Below are positions 38,660-47,432 of a stretch of DNA of 64,000 nt, piece after piece. Below the pieces are notes generated by a model, which saw only the letters and a list, made by a program, of their open reading frames with translations, was not told the origin of the DNA and made no database searches. The first letter of the stretch is position 1. Every line of letters begins with the position of its first letter. The stretch covers positions 1,564 through 65,563 of the forward strand of contig JACPMV010000002.1 in NCBI GenBank assembly GCA_016185845.1. Direction: 5' to 3'. The stretch comes from Candidatus Woesearchaeota archaeon. GTDB lineage: Archaea; Nanobdellota; Nanobdellia; Woesearchaeales; GW2011-AR4. A program made the position numbers and the translations under genes.

Positions 38660-41335
38660 TTAAGCTTGGCCGCGGCCGTACTTCAATAAAGCAACAAAAA
38701 ACAGCGAGCATGCAATAACGGCAATCAATGAGACAACACCGAATAGCTTCTCTTTTAAAACTATATCATACTTTAATGTTATGACATTCCCTTTTATCGT
38801 TCTTACCATTATCATGTTGAAATTAGTCGGATATAATGGAACTTCCCTATTGTTCATGGATGCCTTCCATCTTGGAAAAAACTCTTCCTTGAAGACAGCA
38901 AATTCATTGTCATTAAATTCCCCGTATATCTCTACAAGCTGCGGGTTTTTTCTGCTGAAAGTCAATGGTATAGGCTCCGCCGGCACTTTATCCTGGGCAT
39001 AATCCAAGGCCTTCTTTGGATTGGCAAAATCATACCTTTCAAGCGGACTTACTGTCACATATTTATAACCCTCTTTTGCCTTGTAAACATCCTTATCGAC
39101 ATTCTTCAATACACTCACTTTTTCAGCGTAATTAGTGCCGTTCACCATAAGAAATACCATGCACTGATTTTGGTATAAAGGTGTTGTGTGATTTGGATAC
39201 ATTTTGAATAGGACAGCATTACCGACAGGATGGCATATATTAAGGAACAGGTATTTGTAGCCGCCAAGCCTGAGGTAATTGCTCATCTCAGTGCCCGATA
39301 TCGTATAAATTCCCGGGAACTCTCCGAATGAATGGCTTGTGTGCAGCATGTCATAGATGTTGTTGAGCTCAGACCACAGATTATACTGATATCTTGTGAA
39401 GTAATGCCCGGTATTGTAAGCCATTCCGGGATCAACTGCATTGGAAAAAAGCCCGTATGTAATGAATCTCCCGTCATTTGGCAGGCTTCTTACAAAATCC
39501 ATTTCGCCTTTTAAAGTTCCCTCAGAGATTATCTGCTCCGCGTGTATATTATCGAGATTTATCCTTGAGTAATAAACATTATGAAGCAGGAAGCCTGCAA
39601 ATACTGCAATCAGTATTGTGCGCGCTTCTTTAGACTTGAAAGAATCAAAGGATGCGGCTATGGATGCGGAGAGCACTACAACTGTATAGGGAAGTATTAT
39701 CCTGTAGCCGGTCTCCAAAGTCCCCATATTGAAAGTAGCTGTTATGAAGTAATATAGGATAAACTGCACTATGAATGTGACTGCAAACAATCCTGCTTTT
39801 CTTAGTTTTTCGCTCTTTAGATTGAATATCACATAAAAAAAAGCAATGCTTCCTATTACCGACAGGAAAAATCCGGATTCTTTGGTATCCAGCCGATTAA
39901 GATCAGGATATTTTATCGAGAACGGAACAATGCCCGGATTTGTGAAATAATCCCTCGTATAAGGAAAAAAATTCTTTAATACCGGCGCTTTGTTGAAGAG
40001 CCCCCTTGGATGCTCCCTTATATAATCATCGTAACTGGCACCTACAAGAGTGTAAGCGAACGCAACTCCAAGAAATATTATGGCTACAAGCGCAACTTTC
40101 CATTTATTCTTCAGCATGTAATTAATTCCATCCCGCATTGATTGCCTGTCTCCGACATATACTACCAGCAAAAGGGAGAATGCGAATACCCACACCCCAA
40201 TGGCCTGTATTACGTGCACCATATACGTCATTACAAGCAGATAGCCCATAATGAACCATTCTGCTGCCTTTTTTGGCTTGGAAAGTATCATTGCAAAAAG
40301 AAGAAGATTTATCGGATGCGCAGAGAATGACTTCAGGCTTTCAAGTATCCTGACAAACTGGAAGCTCAGGCCTATTGCAAGGCTGCCCAGAATTATGAAA
40401 TAAACAGAGTGCCTGCTGCTGTTGCTTCCATTTATTGCAAGCACCTCTTTAAGGAAGACAGCGGCTCCAAGAACCACCATCCAAAGTATAAACATGCTAT
40501 GGGAGTTATAGATAAGCAGCGCATCAAACCATTGCTTTAGAAGAATAGTGGATACTACCAAGATATCCTTTGTGAAATGCAAAGGAGAATCAGTTAGGAA
40601 AAGCTGCTCGCCCATCCCTATGCCCGGGTCGTATTGCGGGAAGAAGCCAAATTTTTCTATATTATTTATAATAAAAGCCTGTTTTGTGTAAATTTCAGTT
40701 GCATTTGAAGTATGCAGGCTGCTGCTGTTGTAAATGACGCTCATGACAAAGAACATCAGGAACAAGGTTCCAAGCAAAATTTTGTAGTCTTCATTGCTCA
40801 TTGAAAAAACGCCTTTAACGGCATCTTTTCCATTCTTCCTTACAAAAACATAATAGGCTATTGACAGAAAAACAGCAATAACGGCAATTATGAAATATGC
40901 GCTAATTTTGATCCCAAGCACATTCGGGTAGTAAACGACAAGCCTGACAACATGAGTTACTGCAAATCCAAGCACGTAGCTTTTGATAAAAGTAGGGTTT
41001 TCCAGAACTGTGCCGAACACAAGGAAAGGGATATAGAAAATGAAAAAAACAAAAAATGGGGGGAATGGCAAGGTTGCTATTGAAATATAAATTAGGTTTT
41101 TTATGCCCGGTTCAAGCTTAGACCCAAATATGACAACCAAGACAGCTATGGACAGGGGAATATAAAGGAAACTCTTGAGTACAAGAGACAACAGGATTAA
41201 ATAGGCTACTATAAGCAAGTCGTTCAGTTTTATCTTCATGCTACCCCGGCTAATGAAATAATTAACTATATTTAAAGGATTTGGTTGATTATCGGAGCTA
41301 TGTTTATGAAATTTATGGTACGTAAAATTCTTCAA
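38660..41335 (-). CDS. Large polytopic membrane protein with C-terminal soluble domain (GT-C-like, YfhO-like candidate).
   Basis: 891 aa: about 560 aa with more than 12 TM followed by about 330 aa of soluble domain. No WWDYG (STT3/AglB) motif was found. Confidence 0.4.
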   Translation of the reverse strand: MKNFTYHKFHKHSSDNQPNPLNIVNYFISRGSMKIKLNDLLIVAYLILLSLVLKSFLYIPLSIAVLVVIFGSKLEPGIKNLIYISIATLPFPPFFVFFIFYIPFLVFGTVLENPTFIKSYVLGFAVTHVVRLVVYYPNVLGIKISAYFIIAVIAVFLSIAYYVFVRKNGKDAVKGVFSMSNEDYKILLGTLFLMFFVMSVIYNSSSLHTSNATEIYTKQAFIINNIEKFGFFPQYDPGIGMGEQLFLTDSPLHFTKDILVVSTILLKQWFDALLIYNSHSMFILWMVVLGAAVFLKEVLAINGSNSSRHSVYFIILGSLAIGLSFQFVRILESLKSFSAHPINLLLFAMILSKPKKAAEWFIMGYLLVMTYMVHVIQAIGVWVFAFSLLLVVYVGDRQSMRDGINYMLKNKWKVALVAIIFLGVAFAYTLVGASYDDYIREHPRGLFNKAPVLKNFFPYTRDYFTNPGIVPFSIKYPDLNRLDTKESGFFLSVIGSIAFFYVIFNLKSEKLRKAGLFAVTFIVQFILYYFITATFNMGTLETGYRIILPYTVVVLSASIAASFDSFKSKEARTILIAVFAGFLLHNVYYSRINLDNIHAEQIISEGTLKGEMDFVRSLPNDGRFITYGLFSNAVDPGMAYNTGHYFTRYQYNLWSELNNIYDMLHTSHSFGEFPGIYTISGTEMSNYLRLGGYKYLFLNICHPVGNAVLFKMYPNHTTPLYQNQCMVFLMVNGTNYAEKVSVLKNVDKDVYKAKEGYKYVTVSPLERYDFANPKKALDYAQDKVPAEPIPLTFSRKNPQLVEIYGEFNDNEFAVFKEEFFPRWKASMNNREVPLYPTNFNMIMVRTIKGNVITLKYDIVLKEKLFGVVSLIAVIACSLFFVALLKYGRGQA
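41316..41331 (+). repeat. Left copy of a 16-nt imperfect direct repeat TGGTACGTAAARTTCT flanking the DUF4258/DUF2283 gene pair.
   Basis: TGGTACGTAAAATTCT at 41316-41331. The partner TGGTACGTAAAGTTCT is at 42268-42283 (15/16 identical). Confidence 0.5.
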
Positions 41336-41509
41336 CCCAAAAATCTGCTTTCTAGTCAGAAAAGCTTAATAATTCTTAAAATTCTGATGTAACTCCATGG
41401 CATGGCTCAACAACGGCTCTGGACGGGTAAATCACACTGAACGTGGCAGCGGCTATCACATCCACATTAAAGAAAATGTTTTTATACAGAATAGTTAAGC
41501 CAATCAGTT

Positions 41510-41848
41510 ATGAACACAACCAGAATAATAAAAGAGATTAGCTTAGGGGAATTCAAAGAAATAATCTCAAAATACAAAGATAACAGCATTCTTAACCCTC
41601 ATGCCCTTGACCATCTGAGTGATGCCCAAAGAAAATTATTTAAAGAGCAGAGCTTAATCAATCTTTTGCTGAAGGAAAACCCCAGAGGCATTGGCCTGCA
41701 GCGAAACGGGAGATATGCGGCGTTTTACAGGAGAAATTGGGGCTTCCTTAGGGTAATACTGGAAATCAAAGATCCAAAATTGGAGATAATAACGTTTATA
41801 AATACAGAGACTATGCCTAATCTAAAGAGGCTTGAAAATGGAAAATAA
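41510..41848 (+). CDS. DUF4258-like small protein (putative toxin component).
   Basis: 112 aa with a PHALDHL motif. Overlaps the downstream DUF2283-like gene by 17 nt, a typical toxin-antitoxin-like pairing. Confidence 0.3.
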   Translation: MNTTRIIKEISLGEFKEIISKYKDNSILNPHALDHLSDAQRKLFKEQSLINLLLKENPRGIGLQRNGRYAAFYRRNWGFLRVILEIKDPKLEIITFINTETMPNLKRLENGK

Positions 41849-42224
41849 ACATTTAGACGCAAGAGGAAAGGGGGAATACACATATGATTTCAGAAATGAT
41901 GTATTGCTTTTTAAGATTAAAGATAGGGACTATGCTATGTCTATAGAATTTGAAAATCTAATTGTGGATATTGACACAAAAGGCTATATTACCGGGTTAA
42001 GATTATTTGATGCTTCTCAATTATTCAAGCTGTCAAAGCTTGCTTTAAACAGCGTTAAAAACTTTGAATTTAATACAAAAGTGGAAGACAAGGTTATCAC
42101 CATACAATTAAGATTTACTTCTGTATTAAGAAATAAGCCGGTCATTAGCCATGGTCAAGATATTGTTAGGGAAACAAGCGATTCACATATAAGAAATTCT
42201 GAAGTTCTCTGTACAGTTGCCTAA
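41832..42224 (+). CDS. DUF2283-like small protein (putative antitoxin partner).
   Basis: YTYDFRNDVLLFKIKD...IVDIDTKGYITGLRLFDASQLF fits the DUF2283 pattern (YD-e-D-l-y-i ... vDld-G-l-GiEiLdAS). Confidence 0.4.
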   Translation: MKMENKHLDARGKGEYTYDFRNDVLLFKIKDRDYAMSIEFENLIVDIDTKGYITGLRLFDASQLFKLSKLALNSVKNFEFNTKVEDKVITIQLRFTSVLRNKPVISHGQDIVRETSDSHIRNSEVLCTVA

Positions 42225-42267
42225 AATTGAATATATTACATCTACGATGGCTTTGCTAATCTAGTTC

Positions 42268-42283
42268 TGGTACGTAAAGTTCT
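42268..42283 (+). repeat. Right copy of the 16-nt imperfect direct repeat.
   Basis: See the left copy. Lies 44 nt downstream of the stop of the DUF2283-like gene. Confidence 0.5.
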
Positions 42284-42357
42284 AATGCATTTGTGAGATA
42301 CAAAGCCAGAACTTCAGTTGCTGTGGGTGCATATGGAATCGCAAAAGAATCTAATGT

Positions 42358-42513
42358 TTATAATGCTAATACATTCCAAGTTGAATTCTGCTTCCAGCCG
42401 CTTCCGTTGTTAAGCCACGCGTTGGAAGTTCCTCCGCTCTTTGCCTTTATCAGGTCATGAAAGCCGTCGTTATTAAGGTCGGCTATCCTCAATGCAGCAT
42501 CAATACCAGAACT
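42358..42513 (-). pseudogene. Truncated remnant of an FG-GAP/VCBS-repeat protein C-terminus with no start codon.
   Basis: Minus-strand translation gives SSGIDAALRIADLNNDGFHDLIKAKSGGTSNAWLNNGSGWKQNSTWNVLAL*, which carries a D-x-N-x-D-G-x-x-D-L Ca-loop and an NNG-G motif typical of FG-GAP/VCBS repeats. It is preceded directly by an in-frame stop with no Met. Confidence 0.25.
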
Positions 42514-42570
42514 TTACTTACCATTAACTATAAGTATCATTTTTTGTTGGGGTATTTTTTCGAATACAAT

Positions 42571-43245
42571 TCAGCTTCTTTTCCTAACCACAATATACTG
42601 GGGCCCAAGCAGATATTTGTTGAGCTTTCCGGACGCCACTTTGCTTACAGTATTGAAAAGAATATCTAATAATCTTATGCTTGAAGGATTGAAAAAGAGA
42701 ACTTTGTGCTCAATAATATCTGCTGAATCTTTAACAACAATATCTTCCAGTTCATCAAATGACAGATACCTGTTTATTTTCCAGTACCTTGCGACTGCCA
42801 GCCCTGCAATTCGCGCAATATTATAAATATTCATAATCTTTGTCGGAGTTGTCAGGAATAAAATCCCGTTTTTCCTCAAAACCCTCAGCGCCTCATCAAT
42901 ATGATTTTTCTGGTCTTTTACGTACTCCAAAGTCCCCATGCTAAAAACCAAATCAAAGCTGTTATTATCAAAATGCAACGGCGTGTCTTTTGCAAGCACA
43001 TACTTTATGTTTTCCCGTTTATGGTTTCTATTTGCAAAATTTACCATATCTATGGAACTGTCTATCCCAGTCCCCGATGCAAATTCATTATGAAAATTAT
43101 CAAGGAATATCCCTGTTCCGCATCCAATATCAAGAACTTTCTTAGGCTTGTATTCCCGGATTAATTTTCTTATTATCTTAACTCTTATTTCAAAGAACTT
43201 AGGATTCATGTCTTTGCTGTAATCCAGCGCAATATTTGAACTCAT
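42571..43245 (-). CDS. Class I SAM-dependent methyltransferase.
   Basis: KVLDIGCGTGIFLDNF (motif I) and LVFSMGTLEY (motif II region). The start was moved to the Met forming an ATGA overlap with the upstream gene. Confidence 0.7.
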   Translation of the reverse strand: MSSNIALDYSKDMNPKFFEIRVKIIRKLIREYKPKKVLDIGCGTGIFLDNFHNEFASGTGIDSSIDMVNFANRNHKRENIKYVLAKDTPLHFDNNSFDLVFSMGTLEYVKDQKNHIDEALRVLRKNGILFLTTPTKIMNIYNIARIAGLAVARYWKINRYLSFDELEDIVVKDSADIIEHKVLFFNPSSIRLLDILFNTVSKVASGKLNKYLLGPQYIVVRKRS

Positions 43246-44645
43246 TTTCCAGCCTTTTTCAGCTTGGGCATTATCTCGTCGACAAGATTGAAGGAGTTTG
43301 TCAGGCACTGGTCAATGTCAACATAAAGGTATTTTCCGACCCTTCCGGTAACTTCGAAATTCGGGATTGTTTTCAGGTAATCAAATATGCCGTCAAGATG
43401 CTCCTCGTGGTCATGGTAATAGATAGGGTAAGCATACCTTGCCTTAAGCAGAAATGTCTTTTTTATCTCACCGCGCTTCACTATGCCATCCTTTTCCAGG
43501 AACTTTATGCACAAGTCCAGTACCTGCTCTTTTGTATAATTCCATATTTTTTCACTGTCGTGGCAGCTTATCTCAACTGCCACCATGTTTTCATCTTTAG
43601 GGCACAGATAAGGTGAAAATTTTCTCATTTCTGATATCCTGTTGTAAGGCCTTCCTACAAAATAAAGATATGAGCTGCTCAGGATATTCCTGTTTGGAAC
43701 AACTATATAGAGCGCTATAAACGAGAGGAATCCGATTTTTTTCGTGCTTTTTATTACATCTTCAGGCGCCTGCGGGTCAAGCATATTCACAGCAAGCGTC
43801 AGCGGAATTGTAGACACTAAAAAATCTGTTTTGAAATCCTTTGATTTCCCGCCTTTTGCTGCTGTGACAGTGAATGAGCCATCAGGATTCTTCTTTATTT
43901 TTTTGACTTCATATCCCATATGGATTTTGCCGCCAAGCTTTTTTATTTTATGGGCAATTGCGCCCAATACCATCCCTATGCCCTTGAACGGGTATCTCAA
44001 AATAAGGGTTGTTTCCCTTTCGGCAAGCGACAGGTTCTTTTTAGTTATTTTCATGTGGAAGAGCAGCTTTAGAGCCTTGAAGAATGACAATCTTGTGTTT
44101 GTTGGCAACGTTCTTGGCGCCAATTTATCGCATGGTATGCCCCAGAACTGCTCCGTATATGGCTTGAAAAATATCTTGAACAAATAATCTCCAAAATTCT
44201 TCCTTGCCCAAATTTCAAAATTTTTTTCCGGAGCCTCTTTTTTGAGCAATTTTTTTACTGATTCAAGCAGCTGCCTGCAGAAATAGCTGGAAACAATAAG
44301 GAAAGACTCGGTCAAAGGTATCTCAAATATTATGTTTTTTATATTAAGGGGGTAGTTCAGGAACTTTCCCCTGAAAAGCAATTTTGCGTCTCTTTTCAGA
44401 GTAGGCATTTCCTTTCCAAAATCCTCCTTGAAGAGCTCCGTCACCTTTTTTATTATCTCCGGCCTCTCGCTCAGGAAATAATGGGGGCCATAATCAAGAT
44501 AATAGCCGTCCTTCCTTACAGTTGCAGCCAAGCCCCCAATCTCGTTTTTTAGCTCTATTACCTCAACTGGAACTTTCTTTTCTGCCAGCTTCCACGCAAC
44601 TCCCAACCCGGAAGCGCCTCCTCCAAGCACAAGAACTTTTTTCAT
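43242..44645 (-). CDS. FAD/NAD(P)-binding oxidoreductase (amine-oxidase / UDP-galactopyranose-mutase-like fold).
   Basis: MKKVLVLGGGASGLGVAWKLAE...IELKNEIGG is a dinucleotide-binding G-x-G-x-x-G plus GG motif. 467 aa. Confidence 0.6.
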   Translation of the reverse strand: MKKVLVLGGGASGLGVAWKLAEKKVPVEVIELKNEIGGLAATVRKDGYYLDYGPHYFLSERPEIIKKVTELFKEDFGKEMPTLKRDAKLLFRGKFLNYPLNIKNIIFEIPLTESFLIVSSYFCRQLLESVKKLLKKEAPEKNFEIWARKNFGDYLFKIFFKPYTEQFWGIPCDKLAPRTLPTNTRLSFFKALKLLFHMKITKKNLSLAERETTLILRYPFKGIGMVLGAIAHKIKKLGGKIHMGYEVKKIKKNPDGSFTVTAAKGGKSKDFKTDFLVSTIPLTLAVNMLDPQAPEDVIKSTKKIGFLSFIALYIVVPNRNILSSSYLYFVGRPYNRISEMRKFSPYLCPKDENMVAVEISCHDSEKIWNYTKEQVLDLCIKFLEKDGIVKRGEIKKTFLLKARYAYPIYYHDHEEHLDGIFDYLKTIPNFEVTGRVGKYLYVDIDQCLTNSFNLVDEIMPKLKKAGK

Positions 44646-44654
44646 TTGATTTAT

Positions 44655-45782
44655 TTACCATCCATTTTTGATTGTTTTGATTATATAATCCACATCCCTG
44701 TCTGACAGGTTATTGTGCAATGGCAAAGATATATTTGTCTTTGAGAACCTATCAAGAGCAGGCAAGTCTTTTCTTAAGCCTCCAAAAATTGCATATGCAT
44801 CATTCCTCATGTGTATAATTGAAGTTTCTATGCCATTAGATGCCATTTTTTTACAAAATTTTTCCCTATTCTTAACATGCACAGTGAAAAGCTCGTTTGC
44901 GCTTTCCCGGTCACTTTTTGATTCAAGCAAGGATAATCCTTTGATTTTCTTAAAAGATTCCATGTATTTTTTAACTACTTCTCTTCGCCTGCTTTTGATT
45001 TTTTTGCATTCTTCCAGATTCGCCAAGCCAATGGCAGCATTAATATTTGTCATATGGTATCCATAGCCTCTTTCTGTTACATCAAAATCATAATAACCTT
45101 CAACTGTCGGCTTTCTGTTAATCCTGTCTATGCCGTACCATCTTCTTCTCATTGCAGACTTGAAATCCTTCTTATTCAATACTATTAAAATACCCCCTTC
45201 TCCTGCCGTAATCTGCTTTATTGCCTGGAATGAAAAGCACGTAAAGTCTGAGATAGTTCCAATGATTTTATTTTTATACTTTGCTCCAAGGGCGTCGCTT
45301 GCATCTTCGATTACTTTCATATCGTGTTTTTGCGCTATCCTGCTTATTTCGTCCATATCAGCAGGGTAGCCAGCCCAATGAGCAACAATAATCGCCTTGG
45401 TCTTTTTTGTAATCCTTTTTTCTATGTCATTTGGGTCAATATTGCCGGTTTCATACTGTATGTCTGCAAACACAGGCTTTGCGTATTGCTCAAGTATTGG
45501 GTGGTTTGTCCATGTGCATGTTTGGGCTGTCGTTATGACTTCATCTCCTGGATTCACTCCTGCAATATCCAACGCTATTTTTATCGCTGATGAGACGCTG
45601 TTTACAGCCACAGGAAACGGAATATTAAATATTGATTTGAATTTATTTTCAAAATCATTGACTTTTTGGCCCTGGCCGATCCACCTGCTTTTCATTACCT
45701 CCTCTGCATACACAATTGCATTTTTAGAAAGGTAAGGCGAGAACATGACTATTTTACTCATTACCATCCGCCCCTTATGCAC
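44655..45782 (-). CDS. DegT/DnrJ/EryC1-family sugar aminotransferase (paralog A of a tandem pair).
   Basis: GDEVITTAQT and CFSFQAIKQITAGEGGIL (PLP-Lys). The start is uncertain; internal Mets at residues 6 and 8 are also possible. Confidence 0.8.
   Translation of the reverse strand: MHKGRMVMSKIVMFSPYLSKNAIVYAEEVMKSRWIGQGQKVNDFENKFKSIFNIPFPVAVNSVSSAIKIALDIAGVNPGDEVITTAQTCTWTNHPILEQYAKPVFADIQYETGNIDPNDIEKRITKKTKAIIVAHWAGYPADMDEISRIAQKHDMKVIEDASDALGAKYKNKIIGTISDFTCFSFQAIKQITAGEGGILIVLNKKDFKSAMRRRWYGIDRINRKPTVEGYYDFDVTERGYGYHMTNINAAIGLANLEECKKIKSRRREVVKKYMESFKKIKGLSLLESKSDRESANELFTVHVKNREKFCKKMASNGIETSIIHMRNDAYAIFGGLRKDLPALDRFSKTNISLPLHNNLSDRDVDYIIKTIKNGW
45400..45483. repeat. 84-nt block, about 93% identical to 46506-46589, shared by the two tandem DegT paralogs.
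   Basis: 78/84 nt identical, whereas the flanking coding sequence of the paralogs is only about 65% identical. Encodes KPVF(A/V)DIQYETGNIDPNDIEKRITKKTKAI in both. Confidence 0.8.
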
Positions 45783-46897
45783 TTTAAAATATAATCCAAA
45801 TCATCATTGCTAAGGTGATTGTGCAGCGGCAACGAAACATGCGTTTTTGTGAATTCAGCCAATTGCTTCAAATCCTTTCTTAATGGGCCGAAGGCGTCAT
45901 TTGCGTCTATCCTGTTATGAATCACAGAAACTTCAACACCTTTTTTCAGCATCATGGTTATGAAATCAGTTCTTCTTTCAACGTGCATTGAGAAAAGCCA
46001 GTTTGCGCTTTTTCTGTCTGATTTTCTTTCAAATAGTTTTATGTTTTTGATTTTTGCCAGCCCTTCATTGTACCTTTTTACTATTTCAGCGCGTCTTTTT
46101 AATATAGATTTTAATTCTTTCAGGTTTTCCAGTCCAAGCGCTGCTGAAAAATCATTTAGATGGTATTTGTAGCCGACTTCATTCACATTCCATAGCGGCT
46201 CTCCTAAGATTGAAGGCTTTCTGTTGTCCCTGTCAATTCCAAACCATTTTTTTCTTCTTGCCTCGTCATATTTTTCCTTGCTGTCAAGGCAGAGCATGCC
46301 GCCGTCTGCTGATGTAACATGCTTTATTGCCTGGAATGAGAAACAAGTATAAGGTGAGATTGTTCCTATAGATTTTCCCTTATAATGAGCTCCTAATGCA
46401 TGGGCTGCATCCTCAATAACCGGCAAATTGTGCTTTTTTGCTATTTCATGTATCTCATCCATATCGCATGGATAGCCTGTCCAATGGACAGGAAGAATTG
46501 CTTTTGTCTTTTTTGTTATCCTTTTTTCAATATCATTTGGGTCAATATTGCCAGTTTCATACTGTATATCTACAAACACAGGCTTTGCGAATTGAGCCAG
46601 AATTGTATGGCTTGTTGCCATCATGGTCTGGGCTGTTGTTATTACCTCATCTCCCGGCTTTACGCCTGCCATTACAACAGCAAGATGCAAAGCAGCAGTG
46701 CCGCTGTTCACAGCAACCGGGTATTTTGCGCCTGTTAATTCAGAGAACTTCTTTTCAAACTCCTTTACTACAGGGCCTTCTCCAAGATACCTGCTTTTCA
46801 GCACTTTATTTACGGCTGAGGCTGCCTTTTTTGACACATAAGGCGAGAACATTCTTATCTTAAGATTCAGCTTGCTTAAATCCATATTATAAACCAC
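45761..46897 (-). CDS. DegT/DnrJ/EryC1-family sugar aminotransferase (paralog B of a tandem pair).
   Basis: GDEVITTAQT and CFSFQAIKHVTSADGGML. About 55-60% identical to paralog A, with an identical 29-aa block. Confidence 0.8.
   Translation of the reverse strand: MVYNMDLSKLNLKIRMFSPYVSKKAASAVNKVLKSRYLGEGPVVKEFEKKFSELTGAKYPVAVNSGTAALHLAVVMAGVKPGDEVITTAQTMMATSHTILAQFAKPVFVDIQYETGNIDPNDIEKRITKKTKAILPVHWTGYPCDMDEIHEIAKKHNLPVIEDAAHALGAHYKGKSIGTISPYTCFSFQAIKHVTSADGGMLCLDSKEKYDEARRKKWFGIDRDNRKPSILGEPLWNVNEVGYKYHLNDFSAALGLENLKELKSILKRRAEIVKRYNEGLAKIKNIKLFERKSDRKSANWLFSMHVERRTDFITMMLKKGVEVSVIHNRIDANDAFGPLRKDLKQLAEFTKTHVSLPLHNHLSNDDLDYILKCIRGGW
46506..46589. repeat. Partner copy of the 84-nt conserved block in the second DegT paralog.
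   Basis: See 45400-45483. Confidence 0.8.
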
Positions 46898-46963
46898 CCT
46901 ATACCTTTTAATTACCCTTTGTAATTTAAGAATTGTTTATAATGGTTTCTATTGGGGGTCGAA

Positions 46964-47368
46964 TCATTCACTTGCCCTATTTGAACTGCTTCCCAATTTT
47001 AGCATTATGTAAGACCCCATAAACAAATAAAGAAAGTATAGAAAAATAATCATTAAATATTCAAAAATTCTTGATTTATCAAACAATTCAGCATACTCAT
47101 TCTCAAATACTAGATAGTGAATCATTATAAAAGAAATTAAAATTAGAACGACTGCTGTCAAAATAGATGTACCTAGTGCAATATTGTCTGGTATTTTCTT
47201 TTTTAATTTATAAGTATAATAATAACCTGTAATGTATGAACCAGCTAGCACACTAATAGGCATGATATTTCTAATAATTGAAGTAATAATCAAATCAATA
47301 ATTGTTATTAGTCCTATATTAAATAAAGATAACAGGTAGAAATTGTTGTACAATTTATTTTTATTCAT
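46964..47368 (-). CDS. Small hypothetical membrane protein.
   Basis: 134 aa with 3-4 hydrophobic helices. No recognisable family. Confidence 0.3.
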   Translation of the reverse strand: MNKNKLYNNFYLLSLFNIGLITIIDLIITSIIRNIMPISVLAGSYITGYYYTYKLKKKIPDNIALGTSILTAVVLILISFIMIHYLVFENEYAELFDKSRIFEYLMIIFLYFLYLFMGSYIMLKLGSSSNRASE

Positions 47369-47432
47369 ATCTATATAAATTTCTTAAAACTATTTAATTA
47401 TATTGGATTGAGGAATCAATTTATCCAATCTC

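Noticed and set aside
38660-41335. Considered calling the 891-aa membrane protein an archaeal oligosaccharyltransferase (AglB/STT3).
   Set aside because: No WWDYG motif or DK/MI motif could be found in the C-terminal domain. The architecture fits YfhO-like/GT-C proteins better. Left as a generic GT-C-like protein.
41336-41509. Looked for tRNA or other structured RNA in the 174-nt divergent intergenic region, and in other spacers of 80 nt or more (3054-3146, 3855-3940, 11963-12076, 25870-25976, 33268-33352, 56834-56917).
   Set aside because: No cloverleaf-compatible segments (no GTTC-type T-loop with a matching acceptor stem) were recognisable by eye. The regions look like AT-rich promoter spacers with TATA-like boxes.
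42457-42669. 70-aa plus-strand ORF in the strand-switch region.
   Set aside because: No start context or family resemblance. The same DNA is better explained on the minus strand by the FG-GAP-like gene remnant and by the 3' end of the methyltransferase gene.
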